A stretch of 64,000 nt of DNA from Octopus sinensis (GCF_006345805.1 NC_043022.1:16616001-16680000), one strand, 5' to 3'; counted from the stretch's first letter, positions 38,703 to 53,464 are shown. Notes: generated by a model not told the origin, from the sequence alone. Numbers and translations are program-made.

Positions 38703-40582
38703 ATTAATGCTATGTTAATTAACAACAACAGCAATATTAACAACATATTTTTACAAAGAAAAGAAAAAAACAATAAAAGTATAAAATATCAAATTATCAA
38801 GAGAAAAAAAAGAAACCCCTCCCCACCACAACCCTATCAAGGAAACAAAGGCAAAGAGAAGAAAAGGTGGGGAGTAGGGTGTAGAAGATTGCGGGGTGGG
38901 GAGGAGTAACAGGTTATAATACACCCCTGAACAAATGATGTGTTTAGTCATTACAACAGTAATTAATTCTTTTAATATAATCTAAGAAAGGTGAACTTTA
39001 AAAAAAAAAGTTTCCTGTTTTCTGACCATCGTGTTAGAAACTTGTCTAAACTTTGTGTTGGTCATTCACAGGAGACTGCTGCCTTGGGGTATGGAGCATA
39101 CTCGGCTGTTGACCAATACACCCCCACCATGGTTCAGGTTGGGCGTATAGGGCCCCCCACGATGCATTGTGCTCCTCAGGGGTAAGATATCATACTGATG
39201 AAGCAGCCCCTTTCACAGGTTTCTGAAATAATACCTCACTCACACACACACACACACGCACGTGTGCACTCACACACGTATTTCTAATTGAAGATTTTAG
39301 CCATGGGACTTGTGAGTTTGTCTTCATTTAAAATACTGCACTGAGAGTCTGTATAAGAACCTTAGTTCCAAATACTATTTCTGATGCCAGTTGTTGTAAG
39401 GGTGACATTTGTATTGGTGATGATGATGATGGTGGCAGTGGATGTGATAACGGTGGTGGTGGTGGTGGTGATGGTATAATGATGATGTTGATGGTCGTGG
39501 CAGTCACGATTTTTCTTTCCTTAGATTTAAAATTCTAAAGTTTTTTTCCGCTTCATCTTATCACTTTCGTGCTAAAAACATTATCCATTTGTGCTGATAG
39601 TTCCCAACCTCATAATGAAAACACTCCGATCTATTGATAAGTTTTCAGTATTATTTCCCAAACCGCTCTGTCGAGCTAATCTGGCTGAGTGGGCGGTATT
39701 CGAGTGTGCCTCAAACAGTGTTTATATAATTAATCTTGATATTCTGACATCAACACAAAACTCCTCCATTCTCATGTAGTCCGCCTAGAAGAAGATAATA
39801 TATTCTTTACACACTGTTAGCCTTTGCTTTGCTCATGTTTCTGCGTAGATTTCATGTGTGTAGCCTCTGGCTCTTTCAACATCCATTAGTGATACTTTCA
39901 ACATCATGCGTCACATACTTAGCTCGCTCCCTGCCCCAAGATCTACGACATTGATTCATTACCGTTTTCATTATTCTCAAATAACAAACAATGGAATTCA
40001 GGAAAAATAATGGGAAATACAAGGGAAAAAAAAAATGCCAAGGAAAAGGAAAGGAAATGAAGGAAAGAGAGAGGGGGAGAGAGAGAGGGAGAACATTATA
40101 AGATTTCTGAAATATATTTCTCAAAGTTATCACTAATGATGCCTGATAACTTATCGAATATTATCTTATCTTCTGATAACAAATGTAGAAAGAGAAACCG
40201 AAAGTGATAGAATAAACGAAATATCTGTTACAGTCGTAGATGTATATGTATGTAGATATATGGATGTGTGTGTGTGTGTGTAGACGAAGTGTGTTCTTTC
40301 ATTTAGGTTGTGCAGAGAAGTGAATGAATATTCAGAGTGTATGACATCTTGACTGTACATGTTATAAATGTTACTACAAGCTAGCAGCAAATATCACTAA
40401 TTCATTTACTGTTAGTAAATACTAGTAGTAATAACACACACACACACCCACACACACACACGGTTGTCTAAGAAACCACAAGTAAAAAAAATTGGCGCTC
40501 ATATAATTTATCAGTAGAGTGGGGATATTGATCAAGTATTATAGATTCGTTACAGCCAACTTTACCAATTGGTTTCACATTG

Positions 40583-40830
40583 GATATTGGGTAATCAGAT
40601 GATTATCTAACAACTGTGCTCATCAGAGATGGCAAATGTGTATACTGGGAAATATAGCCCCAGATTTTTCCAAACTGTTCTATTACTGAAACATGTGACA
40701 TTATGTTTACCCTATTGTAACATTAATACAATCTTTCACACTTTTGAACACACACACACACACACACACACACATACTTGCCATCTCTGATGAGCACAGT
40801 TGTTAGATAATCATCTGATTACCTAATATC
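40583..40830. repeat. 53-bp inverted repeat (40583-40635 / 40778-40830), 142-bp spacer
   Basis: 52 of 53 Watson-Crick pairs. The single exception is G.U on the + strand. Confidence 0.95.
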
Positions 40831-40984
40831 ACAGGAAAAATATTAGCAACACAGGTGAATGCTATGAGCCAAAACTCAAATTCAACATATTGGGATGATT
40901 TTTCAATTAGGCACTGATATATTTTGCTAGATCAATATATTAAAAAATCAATGAGTTCTGATGAGAGATTGGTATTTTTCCTTA

Positions 40985-41142
40985 AAGCTGTGGTAATGGG
41001 TTTGTTTCCCAATCACATAATTCCAGGTTCAGTCCCACTGTGTGGCACATTGGCAACACTTTGAGAAAGTGTCTTCTACTATAGCCTCAAGCTGATGAAA
41101 GCCTTGTGAGTGGATTTGGTAGATGGAAACTGAAAGAAGCTC

Positions 41143-41186
<44 letters not shown>

Positions 41187-41368
41187 TGCCCATCACCACT
41201 GGTTGACAACTAGTGTTGGTGTGTTTACATCCTTATAACTTAGCAGTTTGGCAAAATAGACTGATAGAATAAGTACCAGGCTTGAAAGAAAAAATATTCA
41301 TTCCACTAAAAATTCTTCAAGGCAGTGTTCCAGCATGGTCTCAGTCTAATGACTGATATGAATAAAAT

Positions 41369-41370
<2 letters not shown>
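40985..41370 (+). mobile_element. SINE family A
   Basis: Head, (TG)n and 3' body collinear with 60501-60891. Confidence 0.85.
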
Positions 41371-41399
<29 letters not shown>

Positions 41400-43011
41400 T
41401 TCACTTTTCCTCTCCTTTTAAATCTCCTTTCATTTATCTCTTCATTTCTCAACATTTTCCTCTCCTCACTCATTCATTTATTCATCATAAATGAATCTTT
41501 CTCTCTCTTTCGTTTTCTGTCTGTCATTTTTTCACAAGTCATCTCCAATCCCCACCAATCTCTGTTGTAATAGAGCTCTGTCTTTATTCTTTTCACCTCT
41601 CTTACTTATGCTCTCTTTCCCTCTCTATATTTCACTGTCTGCTTACATGATTCCTTGTCACACAAGCTACTGACTGTCTTTCTCTTTCTCTTCCTCCCAC
41701 TCACTGTCAGTCTCCCAACTAACTATTTATCTCTCTTCAATAATTTCTCTCTTTCTCTCTCCCTTTCACTTCTCCCATCACAGCTATTACCACTACTACT
41801 TCTCTCTCGCTCCATTGTGAAATCAATTACCCAAAAACTTGACACATGACTTAGCAGCTTTCTCTATTAAGATTGTTTTGGATAAACTGCTATTTTATCA
41901 TACAATTAGTGGATATTCTTATGACAGCTCAGCCTTCTCATAGTCTGATGCTACAAAGAACATAACAAGCTAAAACAACAACAACAACAACAAAACAAAA
42001 AACTCTGGCATAAAAGAGAAAATGAAAAATTCCATATAAGCAACACTTCATTTGCTCAAAGTGTTGAATACCAAATCAGAAATAAAAGGGGGAAAGCAGA
42101 AAATTTAATATTCCATCCCAAATCAACAGATTAATACCTTTATCTATGACAGCAATGCATGCTGGGAGATAATTTACATTTCAAGTGAACAACACGCCAT
42201 CAAGAGTGATTTTTCTCTCCAAATATATTGTCCCCAACGGATCAGATCTTCTTTAGTACTCTCCGGTTCATACTTCAGTTTTTCCTTTGCTATTCAGCAG
42301 GATTCAAACACTATAAAGGATAAAATTTGAAAGAACACTGTGAATATATTTCCAAGTTATTTGGGGGAAAATTCAAAGAACACATACTATTTTTTATGAA
42401 TAAATAGTTGTAGTAGTTGTGGTGTGGTGGTAGTGGTGGTGGTGGTGGTGGTGGTGGTGGTGGTGGTGGTGGTGGTGGTAGCGATTGTTGTAGTAATTGG
42501 TGGCGATGGTCTTGTTGTTGATGGTGGCAGTGCTGGTGGTGGTGCTGGTGGTGCTGGTGCTGGTGGTGGCATCTTGTGATTAGCTCAGATCTTGTAAACA
42601 TTTGTCATGGGGACAGCCAATCAGATTCCTGGTGGGGAGCAATATAAACTTGACCATGTTTTAGTGAATACAGCAGAAAACCAAACGAAAATGAAAAGCA
42701 AATGCAAAACCACGAATAGACGGGGAGAAAGGAAATATTAAACATCTCATAACATCTCTTGTATCAATATATCAAATGAAGTCCCTTCATTGGAGCTGAT
42801 AGGATATGAGAAGAGATTTGTGATAGTCAAAGGAGAGACAGCAGGAGGAAAAGCCACTCAGCAGCTTGCATTCCACTTTTAGCTTTCTCACCACAACAGA
42901 ACAAACACACTGGCTCCCTTTATCTCTTCTTTCTTTCCTTTGTTTTTTCTTTCTTTTACACACCTCCCCTTCTCTTCAACCCAACCACCTCTCCCTTTGT
43001 TTCTGTCTCTC

Positions 43012-43047
<36 letters not shown>

Positions 43048-43534
43048 CCCCACTTTTACCCTTATTACTATATTACATTCACAATTCTCTCCCTCTCCCC
43101 CTGCTGCACTCAATGATGTTACTACTACCTTACACTCCCTTATCTTCTACTCTCTCTCCCTCCCTGACAGATTTGTTTTCAAGGGAACCGTTCCATAGCT
43201 ATGCTGTCTGCTAGAAATAGCAGCTACATTTCCTCCACGTTACATTCTCTCAGTCCTGAAAAGGGAGAAGTGCATTAGATAAGGAGGTCACTGATGTTCA
43301 GTACTGGACAGAGAGGCAGGAGAGTCATGGCTGGAAAACAGAGCTTCTGGAGTTGTTGATGAGGGAGTCGGCTTGAGTTTTGTGTTTTGATTCTAAGAAA
43401 CTGTTACATTGTGGTAAAGACATGACATCTATTCACACACACACACACACACACACCCTCTCTCATGCATACACAAACATATACACACTCTCTCTCTCTC
43501 TCACACACACACATTCACACATTTTATTTTTTGC

Positions 43535-43860
43535 TCGTTTCAGTCATTAAACTGTGGCCATGCTAGGGCACCATCTTGCAAAAATACTTATCTTTTTATG
43601 CCTGGTACTTATTCTATAGGTCTCTTTTGCTGAACTGCTAAGTTACAGGGACATAAATACACTAACACTGGTTGTCAAGCAGTGGTGGGAGGATAAACAC
43701 AGACTCAAAGACACATACCCCCCCAACACACACATGATTGCATATGTATATATAAATATGACGGGCTTCTTTCAGTTTCCATCTTCCAAATCCACTCACA
43801 AAGCTTTCATCAGCCAGAGGCTATGACAGAAAACACTTACCCAAGGTGCCATGGAGTGGT
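43535..43860 (-). mobile_element. SINE family A (head truncated)
   Basis: Reverse-complement similarity to 60501-60891. Confidence 0.8.
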
Positions 43861-44116
43861 GTTGGTATAATCAACTAGACCCCCTCCTCCAAAATTTCAG
43901 GCCTTGTGCCTTTAGTAGAAAAGATTATTATAGAATGACTGTTGCATGCTATCTTAGTTAGTAAGGGTGTTGTCTTGAGGTTTAGTGACAATAAATCTCC
44001 CCAAGAATCTTTCTTAGGATTGCACTTTCCTGCAGGACAACAGTACAAGTTGAAATTCCATATTATCATTATTATGATTATGATTATCATTATTATTATT
44101 ATTATTATTATTATGG

Positions 44117-44150
<34 letters not shown>

Positions 44151-44152
44151 GA

Positions 44153-44189
<37 letters not shown>

Positions 44190-44193
44190 TATG

Positions 44194-44235
<42 letters not shown>

Positions 44236-45293
44236 CATCGAGGTCAACTTTGTCTTTCATCTTTTCTGGGTTGATGAAATAAGTACCAGTTGGACACTGG
44301 GGGTCGATGTAATCGACTCATCCCCTCTCTGCAAAATTGTTGCCCTTGTGGCAAAATTTGAAACTTATTATTATTATTATTGATTAGTTTGTTAGAATAT
44401 CAGAAGTTTCCTCCCCCTTTGCAAGTTATCCTAGACTCACGGGGTTGACAAGGATGGTAGTTTGACCTGATGAAAGTCAATCTTTGTGAAGCTGACACTC
44501 ACGTGTGCATGTATGTGCCTACATGCTTATATTATAGGCTTGTACATATGTACTCATGTATGTACGTATGTGCGGGTGTGTATGTATGTACTTAAGTATA
44601 CATGTATGCATGCATGCTTGCATGTTAATCAGTCATTTTTTTCCCCTGTTCTTAAGTTCCCCATTTCCAAACAAGAACGGTTCTCAGAACTGCCAAAAGC
44701 AAGAGTTTCGAATGACGAAGCAATAACATTCAACTGAAAATCATATTTTGGAAGTACTTTAAAGGAATGGGTTACCCATAAAATCACAAACATCAAACAC
44801 ATTGAAATATATATATACATGCATATGTATGTATGCATATGTATATACACACACACACACACTCACACACACATAAATATATGTAAGTATGTATGTGTGT
44901 ATGTATGTATGTATGCATGTATGTATTTGTATAAATTATTAGTTAAGCGACCGGTTTTGGCATTTAAACTTGTTAGAATACTGAGTGCCACTTTTGAAAT
45001 GTCCATGAAGATCAAAGCCATTCGCCTCTATAGTGCAATTAATAGATCAAATTGTCCAGCCGCATGAGTCTGACTGGCAATTCTAAATTACAATATTTAA
45101 TGTAGGAACACACACACACACTCCGAGAAACACCATAAAACCTAAACACCAAATTTAGACTTTTATTCCATTATTATTGCAGGCAGGTGAGGGGGGGGGG
45201 GAGAACGAAATTATGTGCTTGGTGGTGTTCCATATGTAAGGCAACATTTAAACTGTTATATAATGTTAAATATTGCCTTACTTATGGGACACC

Positions 45294-45331
<38 letters not shown>

Positions 45332-45394
45332 CTATGGAGACAATTAAACCTTTTAACCCATATCATGGTTTTGTGCAAATATCTATCTTTTGCT

Positions 45395-45580
45395 CATTTT
45401 GATTATTGGACTGTGGCCATGCTGGAGCACCACCTTCAAGGGTTCATTTGAAAACAAATCAATCCTCGTACTAACTATTTTTTGTAAGGCTGGTACTTAT
45501 TCTATCAGGCCCTTTTGGCAAACTGCTAAGTTACAGGGACATAAACCAACATCAGCTTTCAATTGGGAGGTGGGGGAGGG

Positions 45581-45616
<36 letters not shown>

Positions 45617-45820
45617 ACAAACACACACACACATACACACACACACATACACACATGCACATATTATAGGCTTATTTCAGTTTCTGCATATCAAATCCAC
45701 TGACAAGGCTTTGGTCAGCCCAGGGCTATAGTAGAAGACACTTGCCCAAGATGGCGCCCATTGGGACTGAACCCGAGACCACATGGTTATGAAGCCAGCT
45801 TCTTAACCACACAGCCATGC
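45395..45820 (-). mobile_element. SINE family A
   Basis: Reverse-complement similarity to 60501-60891. Confidence 0.85.
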
Positions 45821-46721
45821 TCGTCTATATATAAGATACCTCGAATCTTCTCCAGACACAAAGAATAATAATCGCAGAAGCTGATTGTCAATAACTTCCC
45901 ACAATAAGTTTATACAAAGGCTTTATATTTAATGCCTTGTGTGTAATAACACGAGAAGATGTGTGTATTTGTGTGTATTTGTGTATATATTTGTGTATAA
46001 ATTACAAATAAATAGTTGAGAATGTTTTGTTTATTTAATATAAACAACATGAGACATTGTCAACATAATAATTAGAGATTTGTAATGTGTATTGTTATTT
46101 GTATTTGCTTTTGGTCATGTATATACATATACACACACACATGCACATACATGTGTGTGTGTGTGTGATGTGTATATAAATATGTGTCTGTATGTATTTC
46201 TATGTATACACACATATATATATATATATATATATACTGGTGTATGCTTCTCCATATACATGTGTGTATTCTCACATTCATACACACATGCACACACATA
46301 CACATGTGTGTCCGTCTATATACTTATATATACATGTATATATATTTCCATATACACATGTGGATGTGTGTCCATATGCAGTTATGTGTGTGTGTGTGTG
46401 TGCATGTGTTTGTTTACGTAAGCAAATTTAAATATTAATTTATAAGATTAAATCGTTATTATATTAATTCACGTCTCTGCATCTAATCAGGATGAAATAT
46501 TGTATTACGTAAGGCCGAGCAGAGTCTTGTCTCCTCAGCATGAGGCTGACTGAAATCCTAATTAAATGTGTCTAAGTCTGTCTCGGAGTAAAAGTCTGGT
46601 GGGTGCTAGAGGTAAACAGTTTCAGCTGAAGGGTCGCTGCCATTCTGGAGCACTGCCTCTGTATATTTATATCTTAATTTGAGAAAGAGAAGCTAAAAAA
46701 TAATGTGGATGTCATTAGGTG

Positions 46722-47120
46722 TAGGAGTGGCTATGTGGTAAGTAGCTTGCTTACGAACCACATGGTTCCGGGTTCAGTCCCACTGTGTGGCACCTTGGGC
46801 AACTGTCTTCTACTATAGCATCGGGCCGACCAAAGCCTTGTGAGTGGATTTGGTAGACGGAAACTGGAAAGAAGCCCGTCGTATATATGTATATATATAT
46901 GTATGTGCGTGTTTGTGTGTCTGTGTTTGTCCTCACAACATCGCTCAAGAACCGATGCTGATGTGTTTACGTCCCCATCACTTAGCGGTTCGGCAAAAAA
47001 GAGATCGATAAAATAAGTACTGGGTTTACAAAAGAATAAGTCCCGGGGTCAAGTTGCTCGATTAAAAGCGGTGCTCCAGCATGGCTGCAATCAAATGACT
47101 GAAACAAGTAAAAGAGTAAA
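46722..47120 (+). mobile_element. Full-length SINE, family A (same young subfamily as 60501)
   Basis: Shares diagnostic segments GTAAGTAGCTTGCTT, TCGGGCCGACCAAAGCC and AAGAATAAGTCCCGGGGTC with 60501-60891. Confidence 0.9.
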
Positions 47121-47635
47121 GAGTATGTCATGGTGGTATATTTTCTCATTGAGCCTAGGCGCAAAGAAGGTTGTGTGGATAAAAGGTTTACTTCAGTATT
47201 CTTCCATACCACTATTTGACATCTGGTGTTGGTTTGTTTATGTCCCTATAGCTTATCTTTTATTTTTATATTTGTTTCAGTCATTAGACTGCAGCCATGC
47301 TGGAGCACCATCTTGAATTTTTAGTCTAATAAATCAACACCAGTATTTATTTGTTGCAAAGCCTGGTACTTATTTTATCAGTCTATTTTACTGAACTGCT
47401 AAGTTACAGGGCTGCAAACACACCATCACTAGCTTTAAGCAGTGGTGAGGGACAAATAGAAAAATACACACACATATACATGCATGGGTAGGATGGTTGA
47501 CAGGAGGTGGCCAGGTAGAAGACTACCCCAGGCTACAGTGTCTATTTTGGCAGGGATTTTACAACTGGATGCCCTTCCTAACATCAACCACCCAGCAGAG
47601 TGGACTGAGTACCTTTTATGTGAGGTCAATTTGGG

Positions 47636-47694
<59 letters not shown>

Positions 47695-48153
47695 ATGGGC
47701 TACTCAGTTTTTATGTCTCCAATTCACTCAAGGCTTTGATTGGCCCAAGGCTATAGAAGACATCACCCAGGGGACAACCCAGAAATTTGTAGTTGTGAAG
47801 CAAAGTTCTCCCCACACAGTCATGCTTTTGTAGTTTAGCCAAAATTCTCATATAACAGATACCAGGCTTAAAAATCAAAAACATTAGTACTGAGGTCAAT
47901 TTGATGAATTAAACCCCCTGAAACCCCCTGGCCGCAGTCCAGTGACTGAAACAAGTAAAAATAAGTAAGATTAAAAAGCAGCAAGGCAATGAACTGGCAG
48001 AATTGTTAGCATGGTGGGCAAAATGCTTAACAGCATTCCATCTGTTTTTACATTCTGAGTTCAAATCCCATGAAGGTCAGCTTTGCTTTTTATCGTTTTG
48101 GGGTCAATAAAATAAGTACCAGTCGGGCACTGGGTTCACTGTAATTAACTTAA

Positions 48154-48353
48154 CCCTTTAGTATTTAAACCGGCCATATCTGGCCAAAATAGCTAATCTG
48201 TTTTATGTTCAAACTGACCAGATCCAGGCCCTCACACATACCCTACAATGTTATTCTACATTAAGTAATTACACCATCAAGATCTTGAAAATCTTCAAAT
48301 CAATGGGAATAAATGGGCATTATGTTTCATAGAATAATCTGAACACTAAAGGG
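48154..48353. mobile_element. piggyBac-type MITE (200 bp) with TTAA target-site duplication
   Basis: TTAA|CCCTTTAGT ... ACTAAAGGG|TTAA. Interrupts a family B SINE. Related partial copies at ~4000-4218 and ~28722-28800. Confidence 0.85.
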
Positions 48354-49362
48354 TTAAACCCCTCCCCACAGAATTGCTGGCCCTGTACCAAAATTTGAAA
48401 CCAATATTAAAAAGAAATAAAAGTTTTATAGACGTGGAAATCACCAATATTTATGGCTGTCTGGAAATTAATATTCTATTCGCTTCTTCTAAACACTGCC
48501 TCCATCTCTAGATTAAAAGTTATGATCAGAGAGGCATGTGATTTTTAAAAACCTCTTAAGTGTAGTACGCATCTATAGATTTGTGTGGAAGCTACCAATA
48601 TTCTAAGCTGTATTAATCCCTTTGAAATTAGTATTATACTATTTAAACAAACCAGAATTTAGGGCTCTGGGTTTGTTTGTTTGTTTTTTTGGGGTTTTTT
48701 TTTTTTATTCGTTTCTTTTTTTATTTCATGTTTATTCTCCGTTAGACAAACTTCATTCATCTTGACTTTCCAAAGAGAATATCTACATGGTAATGGTTTT
48801 AATTCCCAGAAGGAACCTACTTCGCTTCCATTGCTAAAAGCTATTAGGCCTTGATTATCACAGTTTCACAACCCTCATAACTAAAGATACTTTACTGTAA
48901 CAGCACCACCACCACCACCACAACAACAACAACACTACTACTACTACTACTACTAGTACTACTACTACTACTGCTACTACTACAACTACTACTACTACTA
49001 CTATTACTACTACTGCACAGAAGGAGCCCATAGAGTATTGAGCCAAACGTTTTACACTCTTGTTGTTGTTGTCGTTGCATGTTGCCCATTTTCTCGGTTG
49101 CAATTTGCATTGAGGTCAGACTCTTTGATCGTTCCCCTGGGGTCAATAAAATAATTAAAAATAATTCTTGACCACAAAGCTCACTACAAAGATTAGCTTT
49201 TAGCTTAATTGAGAAATCTTTCTTATTATAATTAAGGAGCATTTTGTCATGTGCACTCTTCCAATTGTGTATTTATCTTTTTGTTCTCATATAGACATGT
49301 GTAGACTATTCATATAGCCACATAAGCACACACACACATATGTATGTGTATGTATGTATGTC

Positions 49363-49393
<31 letters not shown>

Positions 49394-50104
49394 TGAGAGA
49401 GAGACAGAGAGAGAGAGAGAGTGTGTTTGAAGTGGTGTACATATGTATGTGTGTGTATGCATGTATGTATATCATCATCATTTAACATCCACTGTCCATG
49501 CTGGCATGGGTTGAACGGTTTGACCAGGGTTGGTACACTGGAAGGCTACACCAGACCCCAGTCTGTTTTGGCAAGGTTTCTATGGCTGGATGCCCTTCCT
49601 AACACCAACCACTTTACAGAGTGTAATGGGTGATTTTACATATCTTTTGCATGACACCGGTCAAGTACTAGAGCTAATGGTACTGACTAACCCCATCCTT
49701 TTACTGTTGCTGACCCTTGTGCCTAAATCAGAGGCAATTATAGGTAGTTAGCTGGCTGAATTGTTCAAGAATCAGACAAAATTTGATGTGGTGTTTCTTT
49801 TGGCTCTTTGCATTCTGGATTCAAGTCCCACTGGGGCTAACCTCCCCAATAATCCTTTCTGGGTTGATAAAACAAAGTACCTGTCAAATATTCAGGTCAA
49901 TAATTGCAACAAACCCCCTCCTCTTCAAATTGCTGGACTTCTGCCTAAATTAGTAATAGTTTTTGTTGTTAATGGTGGTGGTGGTGGTGGTAGTGGTAGT
50001 TGTAGTGGCAGTGGTGGCACTGGTGGTGGTAGTAGTAGCACTGGTTGTGGTGCTGGCGGTGTACTCTTTATCAGTGACTTATTATTAACTCTCAATAGAT
50101 CTTA

Positions 50105-50136
<32 letters not shown>

Positions 50137-50475
50137 GAATAGACCTTATCTTTTTTTCTCTCCCTTTTGTCCTCATGTTTCCTATGGAAATTACTTGGAA
50201 ATGGGTCTATTAATATTCATAAACACTCAACAGATTAGACTGTCGGAAAAGATGCCAAGAACCCTCCTAAGTATTCTATTTGTCCCTAATCCGTATTAGG
50301 ATGACAGCTGTGGTCTGTCTGCATCTTTACTGATCCACTGCTGAGCGAGAGGCCGTCTCTTAAAGGTCCAGCTTCATTTACGCTGTTACAACCAGGGTCC
50401 ATTGGAGATTCCTGTCTCTCATGAACTGAGGTAAGGTAACGTTCGTCACCAACGTCATCATCATCATCATCATCA

Positions 50476-50528
<53 letters not shown>

Positions 50529-50782
50529 GCAGCAGTAAGCAGGCAGAAATTGCTAGCCTGTCGAGCAAAATGCCTAGTGTTATTTCATCCGTCTTTACAT
50601 TTTGAGTTCAAATTCTGCTGAGGTAGACTTTACCTTTCATCCTATCAGCGTCGATGAAATAATTACCAGTTGAATACTGGGGTTGATGTAATTGACTTAT
50701 CCCCACCCCTGGAATTTCAGGCCCCTTGTGCCTATAATATAAAGGATTATTATTATCATTATTATTATTATTATTATCATTA

Positions 50783-50819
<37 letters not shown>

Positions 50820-50824
50820 CATTA

Positions 50825-50861
<37 letters not shown>

Positions 50862-51303
50862 CATTATTTTTATTATTATTATTATTATTATTAAGATGGC
50901 AAACAGGCAGCGTCATTAAACACATCAGACAAAATGCTTTGTAGCATTTCTTGTGGATGTTTACATTTCCAGTTCAATCGCTGCCAAGGTCAACTTTGCC
51001 ATTCATCCTTTCAGGATCAACAAAATAAAGTAGCGGTCAGGGACTGAGGTTGATGTAATTGACTTCCCCCCTCCCCTCAAAATTGCTGGCCTAGTGCCAA
51101 AATTAGAAAGAAACATTATTATTGGGTTTTAATAATATATAGACCTGTGTTTTTGTTGCTGTTATTGTCAATATTAATATTATTTTTGCTTATATTCACG
51201 ATAACAGAAATCCTATCATAGTAAATTAAAATTCCTGGCATATGTCCTACATCATTGTTTTGTTCTAACAAACTATTATCACCATTATTATTTCTACTAC
51301 TAC

Positions 51304-51339
<36 letters not shown>

Positions 51340-51553
51340 TATTATTCTTTGCAAACCATAATAACTAGGAGCTCAGTTTGTAGAAAGCATCAACGAGATA
51401 AACATTCAGGCTAATCATGTTATCATTTCGACATAACTTAGTCTGGCAATTTGTTTAGTTTCAAATTATTTACTGGTGGATATCATACAACCATAAAAGC
51501 CATGAGCAAACTGCATACACACACACACACACACACATACATACATACATACA

Positions 51554-51604
<51 letters not shown>

Positions 51605-51795
51605 ATATATATATATGCATACATAAATACATACATACACACACACATGTATATATAAAATTTCAAATGAAATTTGAAATCATTTCTTGCACAATAAGGC
51701 CACTTAACAGTGCTTTTCAGTCCAAAACAGCATTAAAATGTTAGTTTCTTTGTGGAGTTTCTAATAATAATAATAATAATAATAATAATACGATT

Positions 51796-51880
<85 letters not shown>

Positions 51881-53164
51881 TATTATATTATTATTATTAT
51901 TATTATTCCTAATGATTTGCTGCTGAATGCAGACATTTAGAGACTGTTGGAATGTCAATGGAGTCGGTTATTTTTGATAGTTTACTTTTAAGAGTTCAGA
52001 AACTCAATAGGTAAGTGTTGGTCCTTTTTATCAGAGAAGCTGAATTCATCGTAATTTTCAAAATATCTCGAAATAACTTCACTGAAAGCTAATAAATATA
52101 ACGTCTCCATTCTCCACCTCAAGACAATTCAATAGCTCTATTTTAGAAAAGTTTGTGTAATTTCTGCACAGCTTTGTCTGTCTGGCCCTGCTAGTTATCT
52201 GGCATTCAGAAGATGCAACGACTGAGTTTGTCCACTCACCATCAGACACTGTCTGCCTGGTTGGTCGGCATTGCACTTTCAATACCCTCCATTACTCTCG
52301 CTTGTTTTTCATCTTCGCTTTTCTTTGCCTTCCATAATTGGAGTCTGTTTATGATTTGCTGATTTTTCAGAAATAGAAATTGCAGAGTGGTTATGATATG
52401 CTGCGTCGGAGATCTATTGATCACGGTTTCAAATACTACTCTAAATATCTAGTTGTGTTTTTAATAACGGACACAGACAAGGGACCAATTGCATCAAAGA
52501 AGCCTTCCCATCAAATTAAATGCTTTTATCTCACATTTAATCTATTATTTATTAAAGCTGAATTCATACTTTAAGAGACATCATTATTTATTTCTCAACA
52601 CTTCTACATTTGTAATCCAAATTCTTAATTGCATTCAACTAATGAAATAATTAAGCAGTTATAGAGAGTTCATAAAAATTCTTTCTGCTGGCAAAGATCT
52701 CTGTAGGGTAACCATTGTCTTCTTCAGGTCAGAGAAACTTGTCTAAGGCAGTACTCTACTTGAGAGTTTAAGGCACAAGTCCACTTTTGTAAAGTGGAAA
52801 GCAATTAAGCCAGGCAAATCAACTGCAGCCATGTATCATTATTAGTTTTACCTCGTTTGTCAATTCTTCTCTGAAAGAATTTTATCAAAGAAGAACGGAG
52901 AAAGCAGAGACTTCACAACTCAATCCCGTTCCCAATAATTGAATCTGTTTGAGTGGATTTTCAGGATTTACCAGATTAGGTTTTGGTAATTCTTTTTTTT
53001 TTTTCAATTATGTTTCAAAATCAAAGGAATAAATATTTCAATTCCTTAAAACATTTATATGATAGCAGGCAATTAATTTAAATGCTTTAAAAATTATGAT
53101 GCAAATATCAAATATTCAACATGAGAGTTAATTATAACAAAGATATATATGGTGATAATTTTTT

Positions 53165-53265
53165 TATCTATCTATCCATCCATCTATCTATCATCTATCT
53201 ATCTATCTATCTATCTATCTGTCTGTCTATCTATCTATCTATCTATCTGTCTATCTATCTATCTG

Positions 53266-53327
<62 letters not shown>

Positions 53328-53378
53328 CATCCATCCATCCATCCATCCATCCATCCATCCATCCATCAATCTCTATCT

Positions 53379-53464
<86 letters not shown>

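Noticed and set aside
42617-42648. CCAAT box followed by TATAAA inside the intron
   Set aside because: Short motifs are expected by chance in AT-rich DNA, and there is no downstream exon or donor evidence.
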